DNA from: Candidatus Parvarchaeum sp.
GTDB taxonomy: Archaea > Nanobdellota > Nanobdellia > Pacearchaeales > GW2011-AR1
Direction of reading: 5' to 3'
Assembly (NCBI GenBank): GCA_020724955.1
Contig: DYFY01000002.1
Location: forward strand, 28,864-92,863
DNA length: 64,000 nt
Shown here: in pieces, positions 9,359 through 14,987 of the stretch
Layout: every line of letters starts with the position of its first letter
Numbering within the stretch: position 1 is the stretch's first letter
Made by a program: the position numbers and the translations under genes
The notes under the pieces: model-generated
Told to the model about the DNA's origin: nothing
The model's database searches: none
What the model saw: only the letters and a program-made list of their open reading frames with translations

Positions 9359-9555
9359 TCGTCTGACCAACGGGAAGACCTGATTTTTAATGCAATGGTC
9401 GGCGAAGCCGAAAAAATCAGAGTTTGAGAGCCCGAGCTTTTTGTCAATAATCTGCTTTAGCAGACAATAGTTTAGGGGTGCCCGCCATTCTATTACTAAT
9501 TTAGAAGTGGTTACACAAGCGAAAGGTTTATAAATGATTTCGAATTAGCTAAATT

Positions 9556-9921
9556 ATGAAAAATACAACAAGTATTGAAGGTGTAGTGGACTCTGTTAAT
9601 ATTGACAACAGAAGCAATAATTATTGTTATTTAAATCTAGCCGTAGTTATAGGTGACGGTTCTACAAAAGAAATAAAATTTCCAATTCTCAAGAGAGGAA
9701 CAAATCCTAGATTGAATGGGATTGAAGAGAATGGAACATTTTTAAGAGAAGCTATCTCTTCTTCTCTATTAAATCAAAGGGTAGCATATAAGCTAGAATC
9801 AGACGTTGATGCTGGCAGTTCTGGGTTTTCCTATTCATCACATGAAAGGCATCAACTTGATATCTTGAGTGGTCCATTAGAAGGTAGAAGTTGTTTAGCA
9901 GACGAATACGATCCTCTTTAA
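9556..9921 (+). CDS. Hypothetical protein (cassette ORF)
   Basis: 121-aa ORF with ATG start, enclosed by three nested inverted repeats. Confidence 0.5.
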   Translation: MKNTTSIEGVVDSVNIDNRSNNYCYLNLAVVIGDGSTKEIKFPILKRGTNPRLNGIEENGTFLREAISSSLLNQRVAYKLESDVDAGSSGFSYSSHERHQLDILSGPLEGRSCLADEYDPL

Positions 9922-10007
9922 ATTTCTATTTTTTTGACGATAAAGTCAAGACTATCTGTTGCGAAGCAACTGCGGGCACCCCGTTTTTGCGAGGGCTCTC
10001 AAATTGA

Positions 10008-10100
10008 AACCAACATCCCATATTAAAGAAAGTTTTCTGTTAAGAAAATTTGGGAGAGCAACGTTTAGGGTACCTGTGAACTCTTTAATATATGTTCTGT
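10008..10100. repeat. Hairpin site S2 (R1 type): AACCAAC...GTTCTGT
   Basis: AACA 10012-10015 pairs with TGTT 10093-10096; ATATTAAAGA 10020-10029 pairs with TCTTTAATAT 10082-10091. Confidence 0.65.
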
Positions 10101-10223
10101 GCCTTTTTTCCTCAATCATTAGAGTGGAAAAAGCGAGCAATGATAATTGCTAAGAGTTTTGCTCCTAATCAGGGCTGGATGGTTGGGGTTGTGGATGGGT
10201 AGAAAAAGGAGCAAAATTGCATA
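10011..10223. repeat. 213-bp unit, copy 1 (same as 13634-13846 and 13847-14059)
   Basis: No differences seen by eye; ORF-track antisense peptides from the copies are identical over the shared part. Confidence 0.85.
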
Positions 10224-10357
10224 GAACATCGCGATTAAGAGAAGTTGTTTGCAGTAATTTTAATTCGTCCATAGGCAAACAATTTGGGCTAATTTCTGGT
10301 CGGCACGAAGCAGATTTGCGAAGCAAAAAGAAATTACCTCTTAATCGGCTGTTGGGA
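10221..10357. repeat. Hairpin site S3 (R3 type): ATAGAAC...GTTGGGA
   Basis: AACA 10225-10228 pairs with TGTT 10350-10353; CGATTAAGAG 10232-10241 pairs with CTCTTAATCG 10338-10347; internal stems TTGTTTGC/GCAAACAA and TAATTTCT/AGAAATTA. Confidence 0.65.
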
Positions 10358-10535
10358 GATTTTTCTCGTAGAGAAAAACACGAGCTGACGCACTAAGCGT
10401 CCTCGTGAGTAAAAAATTATCTTTGGGCGGGGGCGGAGGTGGAAGCTCCGCAATTAAATAGGAAAAATTATCGTGCTATTTTGAAAAATTAGGGTTGGGC
10501 GAAAGTTTTAAAAAAAGATAAAAAGCTACTAACTT

Positions 10536-10961
10536 ATGGAATCGAATGTATTAGAACAAAAAATTGATGAAATTTTAGACTTGAATAAAAGAGATAAGTC
10601 CAATAGATTCAATAGATTTAGAGGAGAACTTTTCATACTGGAAGAAGCTTATGAAGAAAATCCAGACAATTTAACAAACGAACAAAAGAAAAAATTATCA
10701 AAACTTGAAATGAAATTGGGACATTTGAGATTAGGAATGGCTGGATTTTTTGCTGGAGCCGCCGTTGGTTGTGGCATAGCAACTTACGCTAATGTTCACG
10801 ACATTGTTGAGAATGGAGTAACTGCTGCAAATTTATTAAACTCAACATTTTGGGGTGTAGAAACATTACTAACAACTGCGGGCTCTGCCATATGGGCTTA
10901 TCTCTCTTCGATTCCATATAGAAAAGGAAGAGATATTAATTATTCTGAAGCCCAAACCTAA
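10536..10961 (+). CDS. Hypothetical membrane protein (cassette ORF)
   Basis: 141 aa; charged N-terminal part, Gly/Ala-rich hydrophobic C-terminal part. Confidence 0.5.
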   Translation: MESNVLEQKIDEILDLNKRDKSNRFNRFRGELFILEEAYEENPDNLTNEQKKKLSKLEMKLGHLRLGMAGFFAGAAVGCGIATYANVHDIVENGVTAANLLNSTFWGVETLLTTAGSAIWAYLSSIPYRKGRDINYSEAQT

Positions 10962-11148
10962 GAAAAATTTGGGTGAGTGAAACGAACTGCTTAACCTTTG
11001 TTATAAGAAGTTTCAATTTCTTTCCGTTTTCGTTTATGGGTCAAGCAAAGTTTTTCTATTAATTTTCACGATAATTTTTCAGTATCTGGGTGGGAAGAAA
11101 GATAATTTTTTATTTCCCCGAGCCGAAGAATGAGGCGAGTGGTGTCAA

Positions 11149-11313
11149 TCCCAACATCGCGATTAAGCGACCTGAAAGGCTCGAGGTGTAGAAATTTTTC
11201 CCTCGACAAAGTCAGAGCTGGAAAAATTGCGGAACGCTCGAGTGTTTTTGCGTAGCAAAAATATGGGGGGATGAGCCTGCAAGGCGAAGTAACCGCTTAA
11301 TCTGCTGTTCATT
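11149..11313. repeat. Hairpin site S4 (R2 type, second copy): TCCCAAC...GTTCATT
   Basis: 4 substitutions and one 1-nt indel versus S1; identity starts at AAC and stops at GTT. Confidence 0.7.
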
Positions 11314-11515
11314 TCTCCCGAATACTTGCAGGGATTACATTTTAGTGCAACGATGCCGAAGGCAAAAATGTAAAGTTAAATCGGACTTTGGGATGGTGGG
11401 AACACCATTGGTTTTTATGTATTAGAGGATTCGCCGTCTTTTTGCTTCTTTTTTCTAAAAAGAAGATGGGGCACTTTTAGGAATCTTTATAAGTTTGTTA
11501 TTGATTTATTTAATT

Positions 11516-12010
11516 ATGAAGCCAAGGCATTTAGGAATATCAATAATAATTGTTAGCATAATTGTAATTGGTATGCTTTTTTATTTCAATTCTATCTTAA
11601 ATAAACAAAATTTAGAAATCTGTTCTGAAAGTTGCGGAACACAAGAAGGAGCTTCTTGTTCTATTGAATCGTGTCCTTTTAATGCAGAACATAATAACAG
11701 CGAGGGTTTTATTTTTATTATGGGCTTGCTCGTTGCATTTTTAGGAGGAATTGGTTTTTATCTCACTCTGACAAAAGCGGAAAAACTAATTGAACAAAAA
11801 GAATATGATTTAACCAAATTAAATAATGAAGAAAAGGATATTTTCCTGTTTATCAAAGAAAATAAAGATAAGGGAGTTTATCAGAGTAATATCGTTGAAA
11901 AATTCAATATTCCAAAATCAAAAGTTTCAAGAATATTGGATAAAATGGAAAGATTAGAAATTATTGAGAAGAAAAGAAGGGGAATGACAAATATTATTCT
12001 TTTGAAATAG
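11516..12010 (+). CDS. Membrane-anchored winged-helix regulator with an extracytoplasmic Cys cluster
   Basis: TM, then CSESCGTQEGASCSIESC, then TM, then C-terminal HTH (VYQSNIVEKFNIPKSKVSRILDKMERLEIIEKKRRG); first ATG at 11516. Confidence 0.55.
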   Translation: MKPRHLGISIIIVSIIVIGMLFYFNSILNKQNLEICSESCGTQEGASCSIESCPFNAEHNNSEGFIFIMGLLVAFLGGIGFYLTLTKAEKLIEQKEYDLTKLNNEEKDIFLFIKENKDKGVYQSNIVEKFNIPKSKVSRILDKMERLEIIEKKRRGMTNIILLK

Positions 12011-12079
12011 GACTAGTTTCAGCCAGTAGAACTAGTTTCACGTTACACTTATAAGCTGTAATTTTAACTTATTTTAATC

Positions 12080-12607
12080 ATGAGTCAGGAAATTAAGATA
12101 AAAAAGAGAACTTTATTCATTTCATTGGCAATAGTCTTTAAATTTGCTGTTTTGAGTAAAGCAAATACAAATTCTTGTGGCGGAACATTTAATTATGTTG
12201 ATTCAAAATCGCCGGACCAGAGAATCCAAGGTTCGTGTTGCGGACCTATGAATTTTCATAGATATACTGAACAAATAGAAGCACTGAAGGAATATTCAAA
12301 ATACAAGAAAATTCCTTCTGACCCTTATGATGTATCTGTTGCATTAGCCCAAGAATTATTAGATTATCAGAAAGAAATAATTTTAACAAATGAAAAACAA
12401 TTAATTTATGATGAAGCAATGGACATTTCTCATGAAGGCGGACCTTGTTGCTGTAAATGCTGGCATTGGTATGCTTACGAGGGCTTGGCAAAATATTTGA
12501 TAGTTGAAGAAGACTTTACTGCTGAACAAATAGCGGAAGTCTGGGATATTTCTGATGCTTGTGGAGGAAGCGGACATGTTGAAGGGGGAGGACATGGTCA
12601 TACATAG
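12080..12607 (+). CDS. Secreted or anchored Cys- and His-rich protein
   Basis: N-terminal hydrophobic segment; SCCGP, GGPCCCKCWHW, CGGSGHVEGGGHGHT motifs. Confidence 0.5.
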   Translation: MSQEIKIKKRTLFISLAIVFKFAVLSKANTNSCGGTFNYVDSKSPDQRIQGSCCGPMNFHRYTEQIEALKEYSKYKKIPSDPYDVSVALAQELLDYQKEIILTNEKQLIYDEAMDISHEGGPCCCKCWHWYAYEGLAKYLIVEEDFTAEQIAEVWDISDACGGSGHVEGGGHGHT

Positions 12608-12628
12608 ACAAATGAAAGGAGGTAAAAA

Positions 12629-13369
12629 ATGAGTGAAGCAACTTTAACAATAAGGAAAGACGCATTATGGAAATATAGCACTTTTTTACTTTTGGCTATA
12701 TTAGTAATTGGAGCTTTTTTTGTTTTCACAGGAAATAATAGCGGAACAACTGGAAACAATGTTGTTGCTCCAACACAACAACCAACACAGCCATCACAAG
12801 TTGAGGCAAGTGCGGACGATGATGCGTTTTTGGGAGATAAAAATGCTCCTGTTGAAATAATTGAGTTTTCTGATTATCAGTGTCCATTCTGTAGGAAATT
12901 CTGGACAGAAACTTTGCCACAAATAAAATCCGAATACATTGATACAGGAAAAGTTAAATTTGTGTATAGAGATTTTCCTTTAGATAGTATTCACCCCGGA
13001 GCTACACCTGCGGCTGAAGCTGCCGAATGTGTAAGGGATCAAGGTGGAGATGAAGCCTATTTTGAAATGCATGATAAGATTTTCTCAGAACAGAATATTC
13101 TTGATGGTGGAGACCCAATTTCTGGACCTGTAAGAGGAACAGCCCAGTTTGGAACAACTGAATTGAAAAAATGGGCTCAAGATATTGGCTATGACATTGG
13201 AAGCTGTCTTGATTCTGGAAAATTCAGAAGTGAAGTGCAAAATGATTTATCAGATGCGCAATCTGCTGGCGGAAGAGGAACTCCGTATTTTGTAATTAAT
13301 GGGAAGCCCTTAAGTGGAGCACAGCCTTTCAGTGCATTTAAACAGGTCATTGACGCAGAATTAGCTTAA
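12629..13369 (+). CDS. DsbA-like thiol:disulfide oxidoreductase, membrane-anchored
   Basis: TM anchor, thioredoxin-fold active site FSDYQCPFCRKFW, C-terminal GTPYFVINGK. Confidence 0.8.
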   Translation: MSEATLTIRKDALWKYSTFLLLAILVIGAFFVFTGNNSGTTGNNVVAPTQQPTQPSQVEASADDDAFLGDKNAPVEIIEFSDYQCPFCRKFWTETLPQIKSEYIDTGKVKFVYRDFPLDSIHPGATPAAEAAECVRDQGGDEAYFEMHDKIFSEQNILDGGDPISGPVRGTAQFGTTELKKWAQDIGYDIGSCLDSGKFRSEVQNDLSDAQSAGGRGTPYFVINGKPLSGAQPFSAFKQVIDAELA

Positions 13370-13630
13370 TTTTATTTTTTCTTTTTTATTTATTTTTTCT
13401 AAAAGTGCCCCAATAAAAAACTGAAAAATATTTGGATGTAACGAAGTGAAATCTTTTATCGTTTGTTAGGCGAAATTTTAACAAATTTCATTGGTTTTTT
13501 CTAGGTCCGATAAAAGAAGTATTTTTCTGTTTTTATCCTCGCTGAAAGCGACTATTTGTCCGAAGGACGACGGCGAATCCTCATCTTTAGGGGCGGGTGG
13601 TCGGGGGATTTCAAAGTCCGATTTAATTGA

Positions 13631-13723
13631 AATGAACATCCCATATTAAAGAAAGTTTTCTGTTAAGAAAATTTGGGAGAGCAACGTTTAGGGTACCTGT
13701 GAACTCTTTAATATATGTTCTGT
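13631..13723. repeat. Hairpin site S5 (R1 type): AATGAAC...GTTCTGT
   Basis: Same hairpin as S2; only the 4 nt 5' of AAC differ. Confidence 0.65.
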
Positions 13724-14059
13724 GCCTTTTTTCCTCAATCATTAGAGTGGAAAAAGCGAGCAATGATAATTGCTAAGAGTTTTGCTCCTAATCAGGGCTG
13801 GATGGTTGGGGTTGTGGATGGGTAGAAAAAGGAGCAAAATTGCATAGAACATCCCATATTAAAGAAAGTTTTCTGTTAAGAAAATTTGGGAGAGCAACGT
13901 TTAGGGTACCTGTGAACTCTTTAATATATGTTCTGTGCCTTTTTTCCTCAATCATTAGAGTGGAAAAAGCGAGCAATGATAATTGCTAAGAGTTTTGCTC
14001 CTAATCAGGGCTGGATGGTTGGGGTTGTGGATGGGTAGAAAAAGGAGCAAAATTGCATA
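13634..14059. repeat. Two exact tandem copies of the 213-bp unit
   Basis: GAACATCCC recurs at 13634 and 13847, and GAACA again at 14060; period 213. Confidence 0.9.
13844..13936. repeat. Hairpin site S6 (R1 type): ATAGAAC...GTTCTGT
   Basis: Second tandem copy of the R1 hairpin. Confidence 0.65.
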
Positions 14060-14116
14060 GAACAAAACGGATATTAACCTTTTAGAGGTTATATATCCGT
14101 TTAAAGGATGTTTAGT
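14057..14116. promoter_or_regulatory. Terminal site S7: ATAGAAC, 15/16-nt inverted arms around a 7-nt spacer, GTTTAGT (candidate recombinase core site)
   Basis: AAACGGATATTAACC (14065-14079), TTTTAGA, GGTTATATATCCGTTT (14087-14102); about 50 nt upstream of the recombinase ATG. Confidence 0.45.
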
Positions 14117-14150
14117 AACCTTTTTATATTTTAACCGGCTTTTGCATTTA

Positions 14151-14987
14151 ATGGAAAAAGAAGAGCAGCTTCAAAGATTAACTGAACATCTACAGCTGAA
14201 AAATTATTCCAGAGAAACACAAAAAACATATTTATTTCATGTTAAAAAATACATTGAATTTCTTGGCGGGGAAAAGCCGTCTATTGAAAATGCAAAAAGA
14301 TACGTCCTGAAAAAACTTGAGACAAAAGATCCTTCATCTGTCCATCATCTCATATTCGCAATAGAATATTTCTTCAAAAACATTCTCTCTCAAAAAATAT
14401 ATATTCCAAAACCCAAAAGAAACAAGACTCTTCCAGCAATACTCACAAAGGAAGAAATAGCTTTAATCGTTAAATCAACAACAAACATAAAACACAGATT
14501 GATAATAAAGCTTCTCTATGGATGCGGGCTGAGAGTCTCTGAAATAATAAGTCTGAAAAAAGAAGATATTAATTTTGAAGAAAACCTAATCCATATAAAA
14601 TTGGCAAAGGGTAAAAAAGACAGGTTTGTAAAAATACCTGACTCTCTTACACAAGAACTCATGGCATTTTGTAATCTAACCGGCACAGAGATACTCTTTC
14701 CCTCTGCCAGGAGCGGGAAGCTGACAAAAAAGACAATCACAAAAATAGTCCAAAATTCTGCAAAAAAAGCCGGAATTAAAAAAAGAGTTTACCCTCATTT
14801 GCTCAGACACAGCTTCGCCACGCATTTGCTCGAACAAGGCACTGATTTGAGAATAATTCAAAAACTCCTTGGACACAGCGATATAAAAACCACTCAGATT
14901 TACACACAAATATCTCAGGCTTCAATAAAAAATATTAAAAGCCCTCTCGACAGCATTAATCTTTATGGAACCGAAGCTAACAATTGA
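14151..14987 (+). CDS. xerA: Tyrosine recombinase, XerA/XerC/XerD-like
   Basis: N-terminal SAM-like core-binding domain; GLRVSE (Arg), KGKKDR (Lys), HLLRHSFATHL (H..R), LGHSDIKTTQIYT (His, Tyr); first ATG at 14151. Confidence 0.85.
   Translation: MEKEEQLQRLTEHLQLKNYSRETQKTYLFHVKKYIEFLGGEKPSIENAKRYVLKKLETKDPSSVHHLIFAIEYFFKNILSQKIYIPKPKRNKTLPAILTKEEIALIVKSTTNIKHRLIIKLLYGCGLRVSEIISLKKEDINFEENLIHIKLAKGKKDRFVKIPDSLTQELMAFCNLTGTEILFPSARSGKLTKKTITKIVQNSAKKAGIKKRVYPHLLRHSFATHLLEQGTDLRIIQKLLGHSDIKTTQIYTQISQASIKNIKSPLDSINLYGTEANN

Larger units (their letters stand above)
8386..14150. mobile_element. Candidate recombinase-associated gene-cassette array (integron-like / dif-module-like)
   Basis: Seven AAC...GTT hairpin sites, cassette ends mutually complementary, repeated ORF-less units, adjacent tyrosine recombinase gene (see findings). 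Confidence 0.5.

Noticed and set aside
9160-9366. 68-aa ORF (TTG start) covering hairpin site S1
   Set aside because: The near-identical copy S4 carries a G-to-T change (GTGGAG to GTGTAG) that puts a stop in this frame, so the conserved element is not protein-coding.
9952-10140. Identical 62-aa minus-strand ORFs at 9952-10140 and 13788-13976
   Set aside because: They lie inside the exact 213-bp repeats. Their N-terminal identity simply reflects DNA identity and their tails diverge at the repeat edges, so they are likely artefacts.
13634-14059. Tandem repeats as a CRISPR array
   Set aside because: The units are 213 bp, directly abutting with no spacers, there are only two or three copies, and no cas genes are present.
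9195-14059. Self-cleaving ribozyme, viroid-like satellite, or group I/II intron
   Set aside because: I found no hammerhead core (CUGAUGA...GAAA) and no group II domain V-like hairpin. I found no intron-encoded maturase, reverse transcriptase or homing endonuclease. The embedded ORFs are ordinary small proteins.
9060-14100. Replication origin with ORB elements
   Set aside because: AGAGTGGAAAAAG in the 213-bp unit only loosely resembles the mini-ORB core (TCCAGTGGAAA). No correctly spaced G-string follows it, no clear AT-rich unwinding element sits between inverted boxes, and no orc1/cdc6 gene is nearby.
14151-14987. Classical integron integrase (IntI)
   Set aside because: The protein is only about 279 aa and has Xer-like spacing between the catalytic Lys and the H..R box, so the IntI-specific additional domain seems absent. 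I therefore call it Xer-type and treat the array as integron-like only by analogy.
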